Below, piece by piece: positions 14,081 to 26,989 of a stretch of 64,000 nt of DNA; position 1 is the stretch's first letter, and every line of letters starts with the position of its first letter. The stretch is taken from assembly GCF_009834535.1 (NCBI RefSeq), contig NC_045698.1, positions 7,070,001-7,134,000 on the forward strand, read 5' to 3'. A program made the translations under genes and the position numbers. The notes beneath the pieces are model-generated. The model worked only from the letters and a program-made list of their open reading frames with translations, ran no database searches and was not told the origin of the DNA. The DNA comes from Camelus ferus. Its lineage: Eukaryota.

Positions 14081-14620
14081 TGAATATATAAAGGGACAGT
14101 GGCCAGACCATACATGAAAGCAGAACTCTGACCCACATCCTGCAGCAACTAGCCCAGGAAACCAACTCATTCTCTATGTAACCAGCCCAGGAAGCCAGCC
14201 TGCTCTCTTTAAGTCAGACTTCTAGGAAGTCAGACCACTATCTCTAGTAACTGGTCCCAGAAGCCAACCAATAACTCCTGTAACAATTGGCCAAAAGGAT
14301 CAAGACTTGGTTAATAACTGACAGCTTCCCTAATCTTTGTCCCCATTTCCAATTTAGGACCAATCAGAAAAAAGCCAAATGTGCAGTCCCAACCAATACA
14401 CAGGACGTCCTGCTTCTCATTAGCCGGCCCCAGCTTCTCAAGGGCAACAGCCTCCCATCAGGGCACATCTGAAGCCACCCTTTTTTTTCCCTGTAAACCT
14501 TTCCTGGTCCCCACCTGCCTTTGAGTGCCTGCCAAGGTGACTGACCCCCTTGCTGTAGTAAGTGAAGGATAAACAGCTGTGGTTGTCCTCATTTGGTTGG
14601 TCTTCATCTATTTCCACACT
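14081..14620 (+). mobile_element. ERV1-class solo LTR (MER89/MER90/MER110-like; subfamily uncertain)
   Basis: agaactctgacccacatcctgcagcaactagcccaggaaaccaac, repeated cagcccaggaag, CCAAT boxes (gaccaatcag, aaccaatac), ends tcatctatttccaca. Confidence 0.7.
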
Positions 14621-14961
14621 TCTATGGACATTTCTAAAAAGAATTCTTATAAAAACAAGCAACACAGTAAAGCAAGGTAGGTAAACGTGGTGTTACCTAT
14701 CACTGTGGCACCTGGATGTGAGAATCTGAAGTGCTGTTTTTCTGCCACCTTGTCTAAAAGAATGACCTGAGTCCAAAACCCATCCTACACGTGGGTAAGT
14801 TTATGAGTCAGTTTCTGTAAAGTATTATTTCCACAACATGTATATTTCATGATAAAAACAAGAGGACTTTCTCAACAGGCTTCCAAAGGAGACAACAAAA
14901 AGATTTATAAAAGAAAGCTGGGCCAGTATGGAGCTCCCCAAGTCATCATAAAAATTAGAAA

Positions 14962-15128
14962 TGGCGGGGAAGGGTGTAGCTCAGTGGTTAAAGCACATAC
15001 TTAGCATGCACGAGGTCCTGGATTAAATCCCCAGTACCTCCGTTAAAATAACTAACTGAATAAATAAACCTAATTACCTCCCGCCCAAAACAAAAACAAA
15101 AACAAAACAAACAAGAAACACAAACAAA
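14962..15128 (+). mobile_element. Camelid tRNA-derived SINE (Vic-1/SINE_Vpa-like)
   Basis: A-box tgtagctcagtggtt, body ttagcatgcacgaggtcctgg, degenerate B-box, (CAAAA)n tail, flanking repeat ttagaaat on both sides. Confidence 0.85.
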
Positions 15129-16338
15129 TTTAGAAATAAAAGAGTAGGAGAGACATCCTTACTCTATCTTATAGTTTTTAAGAGTCTATTAAGAACAATG
15201 AAATTAATAATCTGATGAGAAAGGTGAAAAAAAGAACAGCCAGCTGTCAACAACTCTCCATTTGCCACTGAACCTCAAGCCACGTATCTTAAGGTCTTCA
15301 CTTTGGGGTTTGAAGTTCTCTGCCCAGCAGACGCCCAGAGGTGTCAGTTACCGCCCCCCACCCCAAAATGGGGGAAGCGTGATGGACAATTGCAATGGAG
15401 AAAAAGCTCTAAAGTAACAGAAGCAAAATGATCATGACCCATGGAAGGAATGAGTCCATGTACTTGAGTACACAGAAACTCAAACTCGAAAACTAGTGAA
15501 ACAAAACACCCCACAAGGGGGAAATGAGGAGGAAGCAAGCACACTGCGGACCTATGTGCTGTGTAAATTAGTTACCCGTGGAACGCCCGGAGTTACAACC
15601 TGAGCACACTTCCCGCCAACATTCTGTTGGATCTGGTTCTGCTGAGAAACGTGCTTTTCACAATATGCATGAAACCTGTCTGCAATGATTACCTAAGAAG
15701 CAGAAATGTGGCATTTTAAATTTTAGTGACACATTAATGAACAAGATAATACTCTTGACAGATACAGAGAAAGATTCACCCCATAGAGCTAAGCAGCAGC
15801 TCCTCAGATCAAAACTCCAGCCGTGGAACTGGCCTTGGCACCAGAGCTGCAGTGCAGGTAACCGCGTCCCCTTCAGACACCTCGCAGGCACTGACGTATT
15901 TACTGCCCTTATTGTCCCTGGCAGACTTTGGCAGGCATCTCCTCTCAGAAGACTCAAGCCTTTGTCCTGGAGTCAAGAGTTAACAGGATTCCTTAACTGC
16001 AGTATCAGTTATAACAAGGTCCTGCCTTTTTAAAACCAATGCTTCTTCAAGCCTAAGAATTGATGTTCCAGTTGGAGATGGCATGATCTCAAAGGGCAGC
16101 AATCCAAAGGACAACGCTAGGACCTGAATGGATGCAGGTTTCCCATGGAGTAGTTTATGTTATGGTCACGAACATGTTCCTGGATATGTGCTGTGGCACC
16201 TCTGACCAACCACCAGAGCCAGTAAGGGGAGAGGTGGGTGTCGGAGCCCCTGAGGGGCTCTCCTGAGGCCCCTGAAGGCTCCTCGTGGTGGCTGTGTCTC
16301 CTGCAAACAGTCTGAGCAGGAACTAAGCTCAGGGTCAG

Positions 16339-16641
16339 TGTTAGAGGCTGAACTGTGCCCCTGGAACATTCATATGCTGAATCCTAGCATCCCCAGCCCC
16401 TGTATCTCCGAATGTGACCTTATTTGGAAACAGGGTCACTGCAGATGTAAATAGTTAAGGTGAGGTCATTAGGGTGGCCCCTAATTCAGTAAAGCTGGTG
16501 TCCTTGTGAAAAGGGGGGTTTGGACACAAAGATTTTCCCTCACAGCCTCAGAAGGAACACCTTGATCTCAGACTTCTGACAGTAAATTTCTGTTGTTTAA
16601 ACTACCCTGTTCGTGGTAGAGCAGTTCTAGGAAACAAATAC
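16339..16641 (+). mobile_element. MaLR LTR, MLT1B-like, internally deleted
   Basis: tgttagaggctgaactgtgcccc...gaatgtgaccttatttggaaacagggtc...gcagttctaggaaacaaatac. Confidence 0.8.
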
Positions 16642-17082
16642 GGTCTCCCTTTGCCATTCTTGGAAACATTAACCAACTTCCAATAACCACACATCACCAT
16701 TGGTGGAAACCCTTGACCTGGAGTGAAAACTGGGACTTTCCCTAAATTTCCAGCACATTCTTCTTTGGTTTACTCTGGCCACCCACCAGCTCTTCTTACA
16801 TTCTGAAACTGCCCATTTCATGTTCTAAAACATTAACTTGCATTCCAGCGAATGGTCACTGGAATGTCCAAAAAATGAGTGTCCTGGACTATGACTTTTT
16901 CTTGACTTAAGGTCATAGGTTTGTAAATCCAGCTAATTAAGGAATAAAAAGGAAGAACTGCAGAGAACAAGGAGGGGAGAGAGAACGTAAGGAAATTCTA
17001 AACAGTTGCTCTCTTCACCCATCCAATCCTCATCAAAATGGAAAACCGAGTTTCCGTCTGTTGATGGCTGTTCTAAAATCCA

Positions 17083-17235
17083 GATAGTGGTTCTCAAAGT
17101 GTGCTCTCCACCAGGCAGCATTGACAGAAGTCTCTGGCCCCACCCCAGACCTATTAAATCAGGAGTGGAGCCCAGTTCCTGGGTTGGAACAAGTCTTCCA
17201 GGGGCTTCTGATGCCCACTGAAGGGTGAGCATCTC
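17083..17235. mobile_element. MER5A-like hAT-Charlie MITE
   Basis: agtggttctcaaagtgtg...ggccccaccccagacctattaaatcag...aacaagtcttccagggg. Confidence 0.7.
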
Positions 17236-19444
17236 TTACCACATTCAAAGTCAGGAGGCGAGTTGGTTCCACCTGATTGACAATTCAGTTGGGAGTGACT
17301 GCCTAAGAGCCCTGTGTTAAGAAGGATTCTGGAACAGATTCTGAGTTCTGATTTTAAAATGAGGAATCTCTTAGGTAGGAAGAATAAGGGATAGCAGCCA
17401 GCAAGCCACTTACCAACCATCCCATGAGTCTCACTCAGGCTCATAAGCCATCACCATTATATCTTCCTTCCTATCAGTGATTCTAAATTTTAAAAAAGTC
17501 CCAAATTCCTTCAGTGACTTGGACCCTAAATACACTGACATAAAAAGTGAAAAGAAGAAATTAAAAAACTTGCTCTCAGTCCTGAGACAAAACTCAAAAT
17601 AAAATAAGTACTTGATGGCACTGTTCTTTCTTCTACTAAATATTTATTTCCCCCTTCTCTCTCCATATCCTGCTTCTCTTTCAGGATGACGTTACTTTGG
17701 TGATGGGATAAAAGAAATAGAGTTGTACTTCACTTAGTTCAGGAAAACAAGCCATAGACAATATTTAAACTTACAAGATAAGTAAATTTGAAAGTTACTG
17801 AGTTTTTTTCACTGCATTTACATGATAAAGGATTCTCTTCATTTTTTAAAGGATTTACAAAACAGTTCTTTAGAAGATTGTTTTCCTCTGAGGTATTTCA
17901 TATCTGATTTGATTTATTTTAAAAATCACCTACTGCTTCCTGCTGCCTTCAAATTTCAACTCCTGGGGTCCGAGGGCTGTAACTTGGGTGCCTTCTACCT
18001 GGCAACCTCTCCCACTCCTGCTTCTCCCCAGGGTCAAGTGAAGCCACTTTTCCCTCTATTGTCTCCCAGAGTGCTGGCCTTCGTCCTATTGCCATGGATA
18101 CCTTGCCCTCCTCCACACCCAGGTCACATCCTCCCTTCCTTTGGACCCCTGCTCTGGCCCCTTTGCTTCCCCCTAGCCCACTTTGCCCAACCCAGACTTG
18201 GGGGCCTCTTCTCTCCCTAAAGCCACATACTTTGTCCTGTGGTTCCTGCATATCCCTCCTTCCCCAGCCAGTCCCCAAGGGACACCATCTCCAGCCTATG
18301 TCCTGCAGCAGCAATGCAGTGATTGAACAGATTCACTGCATGAATAGACTCCTTGCTGGGAGACGGCAGCAAGCCAGTCCCTCAGCTCTTTCTTCCAGGG
18401 AACCTTGCATGCCTAGCCTAGGCTCCAAATGGAATGACTGGATTTCTTACCTGTTAAGGGCTGTTCCTGGCCTCTGGGAAGCACGCAGGGGGATTTGGCT
18501 ACCAGATAATCTAGTGAACAGTTGGGGTGGTTGTGAGGCATCCATAGACCAGAAACCCAGGAAATCGGATTCTTCCACTCAGTGGCCCCTAAGGACGTGT
18601 GTGGCCTGGGGCATTGTGTCTCTGGCCTTCACTTGGGCCACAGGCTCTCTCATGCCCATCCTTAAGAATAATTCACAAGGGAGATCAGCTAAAACGGCTC
18701 GAAGCATCAGCCAACCTCAGCACGGCCTGAACAGTATCATTAATCCTTTGCCCCGACCTCCTAAGATATCCCTCTAATCCTTCTATTTTCTAGTACAAAT
18801 GACAGGAGGCATTTTTAAATCTTATTTATAGCTCTAAATAAATTGGTATGAGCATCCAGCAAACATACTTATTTTATTTCCCAAGAAATATACCCCCAGA
18901 AAATGTCAAGGAAATGATCTTTGAAAAACGCACATCCGAATGCAGTTTAAAATTTTTCAAGGAATGACTGTGCTCTTGGTTTCCATTTTCTGTAAGATTA
19001 TTCTACAGGCTCCCGTAAAAGTCAAGCCAGTGCTTTTAAAGGCGGAAAATGGCCACGAGTTAAGAAAAGCCTTCAAAGCCCCAGGGCTCTCCTTGATTTC
19101 GCTTTTACTTTCAGCATTTTGCCTTGAGTGAGCGACCTCGAATAGCTCACATATTCAAAAATTGATGGAGAGTTCTTAGCAAAGTAAAACCCAAGTTAAA
19201 GATGGTGAGAACTAAGGTGGTCACCAAAATTGCTTAAAAATTCACGACTGCATTCAGCACTTCCTGATGCGGCATCTCCTCACGCCACTTCCAATGGGTC
19301 CTTCCTATCCATCCGCCTCCCCCGGATCCCCCCCTAGTAAGGGACCTTTCCCACATTTGTGAGCAGTGTCAAACCAGCAAATTACGTGGCAAAAAACAGA
19401 ACTCCAGGAAAGAAGATTACTACCTAAGTCACAACAAAACTCCA

Positions 19445-19640
19445 TTCCGTTGAGTTGGCTGGGGAGCGAATCCTCACATAGATTATCTCACTTAATCCAC
19501 CAAAAATTTTATCCTCATTCTAAGATGAAAAAGCACAGAGACATCAAATCAATCACTCAACCATCGCACAGCCAGCAAGTGGCGAAGCCGGAGTCTGCCC
19601 CGCCTGGCCCCAGAGCCTGGGTGCTCAGCCACCATGCTGT
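19445..19640 (-). mobile_element. MIR SINE
   Basis: attatctcacttaatcc...cctcattctaagatgaaaaagcacagag...cagagcctgggtgctcagccaccatgctgt is the reverse complement of the MIR core and 5' end. Confidence 0.7.
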
Positions 19641-19872
19641 GTGCCCTGACCAATACCATCGCTTGACATGTGCTGTGTTAGTCTCGTAAATGATGACTTA
19701 CATGGGAATTTTTAATGAATTGCAGTTCATCAAATTCAAGCATAAACTGCGTTGGTAGAAATGGCTGTTACACAGAGGAAAAGGTGAAGCCCACAAAAAG
19801 CAAAGCCTTCCTCAGGGTCTGTGAGAGTGACCCAGGGAACGTGAAAGCCCCCAAGAGAACATGCCAAGACCA

Positions 19873-19899
19873 GGTCCAGGCGGTCCAGGCGGTCCAGGC
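19873..19899. repeat. 9-bp tandem repeat (ggtccaggc)x3
   Basis: ggtccaggcggtccaggcggtccaggc read directly. Confidence 0.9.
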
Positions 19900-20324
19900 A
19901 GGCAAGGAGGATCCCAGCGTGCAGGGTAGCGCCCTGCCCACAGCTCCCGGATGGCCCATCCAGGGTGGGGCTCATCTCGGGGGCACAGCTGGAGGACAAG
20001 CCTGGACCACAGTTTTGGGGCAGCTGTAAGATGACTTACACCTGACCCTCGTCTACTCACCCGGACAGACCTGCTTTAGATCCCTGAGTAGCTGAGGCAC
20101 CTGTGTCAACACTTTCCACGCTGGCCTCTTATCTTTGGGACCAGCAGTCTGGTGAGGTCCAGCCACCACCCGAGCAAGGACACCTGCAGCCAGTTCCTGA
20201 AACCTGCCATGCCAAGAGTTGTTTCACAGCTCTTACCGGCTGATTAGCAGTTTGCTTTGGGTCCAACCCAGTGGGCAGCAAAGATGTTCTAAGCTCAGGT
20301 CACTGGGGTCAATATCTCTGCCTT

Positions 20325-20420
20325 TACTAGCTATTGACCTTGGGAGAGTTTAGAAGTTCTTGGATCCTCAATTTCCTTACCTGAAAGACGAAGATAATGA
20401 GCTGAGTTATCGTGAGGACT
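20325..20420 (+). mobile_element. MIR core fragment
   Basis: tactagctattgaccttgggagagtttagaagttcttggatcctcaatttccttacctgaaag. Confidence 0.65.
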
Positions 20421-23400
20421 GCAGGAGATGATGAGCGGAGGACACAGGGAACAGTGGCGCGCCCCACACGCCAGCTGCCGCTCTTGCTACTGGTGTCACC
20501 TCTGGTGGCAGAGGGGGCTGGGAGCACAGGCTCAGCTCGCCCGATGTCATCTGTTAACCATCTCCACGTCTGGACTTCACTTTAAAATACTCCAGATGGA
20601 CCAAGTGATGTGAAGTGTGTTGCCAGTATCCTCGTCAAGAGAGCAGAGCTCAGGGTAGACCGCTGCTGTTCCGCTCGGGAAGCCCGGACACCGGGGCGCT
20701 ACTGTAGGCACTTCTGTTGTCATCAGACAAGGCTGACGGAATGTCAAAAATGGTTCCTATAGGTGCAGTTAGCGGCCTATTAATTACCATGATGGCTGCT
20801 AGAAATGAACTCTCATGGGTGACGTTAAAGGCATTCAGGGTAAGTGCAATGGCTAAAATATTTAAGAAAATGTCCCCACCCTTGCAGGAAGACGGTGCAT
20901 GAATCCAGTGATGCCTGGACCCTTTCCTGTGGGAACATTTGTGACAACTTCCCTAAACACCCCCTGCAACCTGGAAATGGAGGTCTTTGCTTGCCCAACG
21001 CAGGCTATCAGGGTGACAGTGTCTCCTCTGCAGTCTTGGCATTTGCCTGGAGGCTCTTTCTGTCCAGTGGGAGTTGGAGCACCTATGGGGCAGGGAGCTG
21101 GCATTTCCTTAAAGCTCACAGAACACGTGGATGAGCACTTGGGGGCCTGCTGGCAAATTAATGCTTCTTCAATCAATGTCTTGTGTGTGGCTGAAGCTGG
21201 CTGGAGAATTGCTGTCACAAAAACTGAGGAGCTAAAAGTCAAAAGACAAATCAGTCCTGACCTGCCTCCAACTTGTATAGCTGCTACCCAAACGGTCCCA
21301 AAAGTGCCCAAGAGACACAGGTGGCCAAATCGGCGTAGGTCTCCTTACCCGGTGCCTGTAAGCTTCATGGGAGAGGGTCTAGGGCAAGTTTTCTCAGCTC
21401 TGGAGGAGCTGCTCAAGCTAAGGAGAGCTACAGCCACCTCCTTGGAGTCGACAGGGGAAACCCACCAAAGCCAGGAGATCACATCCAAAGTCCCACCATG
21501 AGCCACAAGGAGACGAGCTGGACAAGAAACCGGTTCCAGTAAAGGAACCACTTCTCCCTGGTTGTTCCCACATGTTAAACAAGCAACCCCAAATAAAAGC
21601 TCTTTTCCTCACCCACAAGGTGAGTGCAACCCAAAATCCCCATTAGAGGCAAAAAGGGAATTCTGGATCCCCAAAATGGGGAAGGAGAAGAGGGGGTGGT
21701 CATCAAACCCAGCCTCAGAGTTTCCCGTACTTTAAGGATGTCTGTTCCCTGGGCAGACCTTTTATGTCAAAGAACCTGCCCTAAGTTCCATCCCGACCTG
21801 CTTTCATGCTGCTGAGAAACGTGTGTACCAACAGACGGTTTTAGTAAAAAAGGCAAATGACACAAGTAACCAAATGAAGTGCCCAGCGCGGCCACAGGAG
21901 TGCTAAGCCCATGTCACCGGGGGGACACAGGCAAGGACATCGTGGGCACTGGTGCAGATTTCCAAATCCCAATCCAGAGCTGCAGTACCGAGCTGAATGT
22001 ATCAGTCGATCATGGTGAAACGCACTTGCCCTGTTTAGATTCCAACCTTGAAAGTGAGGAGTTCAGTTAGAGCTAAGTGGTGCCACACAAGAAGAAAACC
22101 CAGACTCTCCACGGGGCTTAATGTCACGAAGATGTTCTGGCTCCTGGAGTCTGGCTTGAGTTGGCGGTGTTGCACCATCTTGCAGCTGTGTATGCCATCC
22201 CGAGCACGCATCCAGCAAGGTGGCCGCAGGGGATGGTTTCACCACCTCTGCCCACACCTCTGGCCAGTCCCATGGCCCATCCTGCCTGCAGGGAAGCCTG
22301 GGTGAGTGGGGCCAGTCTCTGCCCTGGGAAGGAAGAGGTCTGGGTTTGATATGTGTCTGGGACTTGTCACAAAGTTGGTGCCCCCAACCCTCCCCACCGC
22401 TCCCCATCCCCTCTGGCACACCTGAATCCCCAAAGATTTCTTCTTTGAAGGATTACAGATGCTTCGGAATTCATGGCACTCCTTCTGGACTATACATACC
22501 ACCTGGAAGATATGAAATACAGTTTTATCATTAATATTATTGTCATTCCGAGGCACTGACATGTGAGAAGCAATCAGAAAAATCTAGGAATCATTCCTGG
22601 CCAAGGTCGGGGTCCAGGAGGTACAGGTGGGTGACAACAGTCAAGAGGAGGTAGAATGAGGTTGGAAAACAAATATGAGCCCAAGTCAAGGTCAAGACAG
22701 AAGATGAGCTGCTAAACCCTCAGCAGGGGCCGAAGGCAAGAGGCCGTGTGAGTGCAGGGCAGGGGGAGTCAGGCAAAGAAGCAGTGGAAGAGGCTGGAGG
22801 TGCATGGGAGACAGGGGTGCCTGCTCCCCAAGCAGACACCCTTGAGAATCACTGTTGAGGACCCACTGCAGGCAGGAGAGGCTTACTTATGCTGCTAACC
22901 AGAAATCCAGGGACCTCAGTGATATGCGTTCTTCCCTGACTTCTCCAACCCCCTGCACACTGAGACCTGCAACCAGAGCCACCCATGTACCTGCCTACAC
23001 CTCCCCACATGAACTGGCCTCCATGAACTTGGCACTTTGTCTGCCCAAAAGGAAAGAAGTAATCTGCCAGCGACTTCCCTCTTAGCTGGTTCCTGGGTTC
23101 CTGGCTCTGTCCTGGTCCCCCTGTTCTGGTGTCACCCACAATCTGACACGAGAGTGAAGTTTAACTTTTTCTTTTTTGCTTAAATTATGGGTCTTCAATT
23201 TGACCTTTCAAAAGAGTTCCTTTCCTCAGTCTGAGATCTTACATTTTTCTTAAACCACTTCAGAAAGGGTTCTGCTCCTTCTGCCTATGCTCCTACAGAC
23301 AGCAGATAAAACCCTGACTCTCAGCATGAGAACATTTATCCCAACAGGTCACTTTTTGAAAAAGGTTAAAGCAATTGAAAGAAGCCTTTTCCTTGATATC

Positions 23401-23448
23401 AAAGCTGTAGACTTAGATAATTTTTTTTAGGCCAAAAGAAACCCACTG

Positions 23449-23474
23449 TAAAAAAAAAAAAAAAAAAAAAAAAA
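23449..23474 (+). repeat. Poly(A) run (~25 nt)
   Basis: Uninterrupted A run with no recognisable retroelement body upstream. Confidence 0.9.
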
Positions 23475-23847
23475 GACATTTCCTAAAAAGAAAAATGCCT
23501 GCTGCTTTTTCTTAGCCCAGAAAATTATTAGTTCACAAGGTGAATCTCCCCATGAATAAACTCAATATGGATGGGGAAATAAATCATTTGACTGTCTACA
23601 TTTTTTCTTTTTGACAGTCATCTTGTTGAAAAGGGCCATTATTTTTTGTGCTAATGGAAGTGTCTTGCTAGCTAAGACTTAAACGTTATCTAAAATGTAT
23701 AGAAAGCTTCATCTTTTTGGTATATTTTATTTTCTTTAGCTAATAATTTTCTGCAGAAGTGCTACACATTAGGTTATAGGTATAAATCACTGCATTTTAG
23801 AGGTGTGGCTATTGAGAAACCTTACTTAAGGTCACTTTCAAATGACC

Positions 23848-24250
23848 TTGATGTTATCTTGGATGTGTCCAAAAAGGTGAATGAGATTAATATTTGAATT
23901 GGTAGACTGACTAAAGCAGATAACTCTTCCTAACGTAGGTGGGTCTCATCTAATCAGTTGAAGGTCTGAATAGAGCAAAGAAGCTGATCTTAACCTCAAA
24001 TAAGGGAAACTCTTCCTGCCTGACTGCCTTCAGGCTGAGACATCATTCTTTCCCTGCCTTCAGACTCAAACTGAAACATCTGCTCCCTTTGGGTCTCAAG
24101 TGTGCCAGTCTTGAGACTCCCCTGGGTCCCCAGCTTGTTGACTTCAGATCTTGGAACTTTTTAGCTTCCATAACCACGTGGGTCAATTCCTTATATTAAA
24201 TCTCTTTCCAATTATACATATATCCTGTTTCTCCAGAGAACCCAAATATA
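23848..24250 (+). mobile_element. ERVL LTR, MLT2 (MLT2D/B-like)
   Basis: gagattaatatttgaattggtagactgactaaagcaga...gtgggtctcatctaatcagttgaaggtctgaatag...ctgtttctccagagaaccc. Confidence 0.85.
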
Positions 24251-24889
24251 GTGCTATGCCACATGCTCGTGTAAAGAAGACGTAAAACATTGAAGGACTA
24301 ATAATCTCCCCATTTGGAATTCATTAAAGTCTCATTTTCTAAAAATTCAACAAAGTCAACTAAACCATGGGCGGCTCACTACGGGTTCAATGGCCACTCC
24401 CCTGGAATGCTTGTCTCTCTGGATAACTCAGTTCTGCATACCTTCTGGCACACTTGGAACATAACCAGAGGGAATGGAGCCAGCTTGCCCTTGACCTTCT
24501 ATAATGACTTCTGACTTCTCCTAAACTATCCTAGATGTCTTTAATGCTCTTTAAATAAATAATGATGATAATTAATAGCAGCTAAAAATCGATGGTTAAA
24601 AATTAACCATTGATATTAAATATTCAGCAAGCGTTTACATACGATTTTAGCATTGGAGGAGTCCTGCTTGAAAAGAGCCTCAACATGTCATTTCCTAAGA
24701 TTAGAAAAACACTATTCTATTTAGGAAAGCATCTCAATTAATACATGTATGTGTCATAAAAACAGACCCTAAAAAATGATGGCATCTTTCCCTTATTATG
24801 TGCTCATGCTCAAATATACAATAAACAGGCAGGTCAAACCAAAGCCTTTTCTATAGGTCCAGCCTTGTGGTATGGGGGGAAGGACACTT

Positions 24890-25010
24890 CTTGAAGTTGT
24901 TCTGAGCCAAGGTCCGAGCCAGGTTCTGCCAACAGTCACTCTGTGAGCTGGGAGCTTCTCCCTGCACATCTCTTTGATGCTCAGTTAACTCATCTTTAAA
25001 ATGGGGAGAA
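24890..25010 (+). mobile_element. MIR fragment
   Basis: ccaggttctgccaacagtcactctgtgagctggg...ctcagttaactcatctttaaaatgggga. Confidence 0.55.
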
Positions 25011-26829
25011 AGACAGATTCCATTCAATGGCCAAGGTCTCTTTGGAAGCTAAAATTTCAAGTTTTGAGTATGTCTATGACACAATTCTTTAATCTGAAAA
25101 TGATTTTTCTATTCTTTTTTTGTTTGGGTTTTCTTATTTTTTTTACACTGTAAGTGTAGATAATAGGGTGTGTGTGCAAAGCAAAGATGCAAAGTGGGTT
25201 CTGAAATGTAAGAAAGAATGCTGGGGTTACAGGCTCCTGGACAAGGACCATTTTTGGACACAAAGATCAGAGATGTCCAGTTGCGCCTCACCAGACCTGG
25301 ATACATTAGGGTCTAATGAGAACACCTCCTTGAATCGGGAGGGTCCCCTATCTGTTCAGGCAGGGGGTGTGGCTGTGCAAGACAGCCAATGGCAGCAGAG
25401 ATAAGGGTGCGTGACCAGAGTCATTGCCAGGAGGGACAAAGTCATGGTCGGGAAAATGGACCACGCATTAAGCCCAAGGGAAAGTATAGAAACAAGACAC
25501 AAAGCTCCCCCCGCCAGGAAATGGGGGAGCCAGAAGCACGAGAGAATAAGGAGTGGGGACAGAATAGGAAAAAAAGCTCAGAAGTCAAGCTGCAAATGGC
25601 AAGCTTGTGCTATGTCACACTCCCCTCCTCCCACATACATGTACACTCATGCTGACTATCACCACAGCAGTAGTGATAACATAAAGACTACATAGAAAAG
25701 GACAAGTAGAATTGCGGGTCCCAAGAACCAAGGCTGATGGCCTTGATTGGTACTAAAGAACTCTGACCAGTAAAGGAGCTCATTTCTCTAAAGCAACATG
25801 GAGGCCCACACGTCTGGAAGCCAACAACATTGCCACAGCCGCCCCGCGGCTGCCCTGTGGAAGGAGCCACACTTTCCCAGGGGCCTCAACCCAAAACCTG
25901 AGTGTCACAGGTGCCCTTATCATTCGTCATTTCCCCAGCCTGGTCCATCTCCAATAAGTTCACTTTTAAGTCCATATTTTCCAAATGTTGTCTTCTGTCC
26001 GTTGTTATAAATGGAGTGCTTGCCCCCCAGGTAATAACTTTTGCACTCGGGATGTTCTGGTGCCAGAGATTTGGCCCAAATCCCCAAAGACATTCCTCTG
26101 GACTGGAAATCCTAATAGGTTTTGAGTGAGTGAAAATCATCTGACAACAACCTGAAACTTGACCGTATCGATATCTCCATCACTGACAGCAAGAGACACA
26201 GAGAGGGACAGGAGGATTCATCTGGAACGGCACGTGGCGAAGATCGCGCACAGCCTCAAACTTCTGCTAGAGCGACGTGTGCTGTACCCTGTAAAGGGGG
26301 GGGGGGTGGTGCGGGGAGCAGCAAGCAGCCAAGGCCCTTTGAGTTTGTTTTTCAAAAGTAACAGATAAAAGGCCCAATGGGCATTGGCGTCAGAAAAGAA
26401 CAAAGAAAGTTAAACCTAAAAAAGAGTCTAATGCAGCCCATCTTACCTAAAGCCTCCTTTATTTTTACCCTTCTACAAATTATAGTGGGATATGTAAATC
26501 GTTTAAAGTCACTTCTGTCTTTTCTCTCTAAGCTTCCAATTTTACAACCCACAGAACCAAATGGAGGGGGAATTGTAATCAATTTCTCAAATAAATTCAT
26601 GTAAAATAAATTTAGACCCAAAGGATCTGAACAACAAAGCCATTTCATTCAACCAGGAAATCAGATTTTGACAGCCAATACTTTTTTTTAAATTGAATTT
26701 ATTTTCCAGAGAATTTATTCAAGTGCTCACGGCCACCAGGCACTGTAACAGAACCATAAGCAGCCCACTGTTCCCGTATGAGTCCTGTTTGTAATTTAAG
26801 ACCACGTTAGATAGGTGGGTGGCAAGGAT

Positions 26830-26920
26830 TTTATCCCAGCCTGACCACCAGCTGCTGTAGACCCTGAGGAAGTCACTTCATCTCTAAGCCTTTGTTTTGG
26901 TATTTGTAAAATGGGGGGCA
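26830..26920 (+). mobile_element. MIR fragment
   Basis: gctgtagaccctgaggaagtcacttcatctctaagcctttg...tttgtaaaatgggg. Confidence 0.55.
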
Positions 26921-26989
26921 GTGGTTGGTGCACTGATGACCCATTTCTTCAGCCGTCTTGTATCTTCACCCTTTACCAAGTAACTTGAT

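Noticed and set aside
14962..15045. tRNA-like sequence
   Set aside because: Degenerate B-box, A-rich tail and flanking direct repeat identify it as a SINE, not a tRNA gene.
18094..18777. 227-aa ORF (+)
   Set aside because: Pro/Ser/Leu-rich translation of C-rich, partly repeat-derived DNA; no family similarity.
19812..20060. Collagen-like GPPGPPGPG in a minus-strand ORF
   Set aside because: Produced by the 9-bp (ggtccaggc)x3 repeat; the Gly-X-Y pattern does not extend and there are no collagen-style splice sites.
20899..21501. 200-aa ATG ORF (+)
   Set aside because: No recognisable motif or promoter/poly(A) context; an overlapping antisense ORF of similar size suggests a compositional effect. 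Only a dN/dS test could rescue it.
23449..23474. Poly(A) as the tail of a processed pseudogene
   Set aside because: No upstream coding remnant, poly(A) signal or clear TSD.
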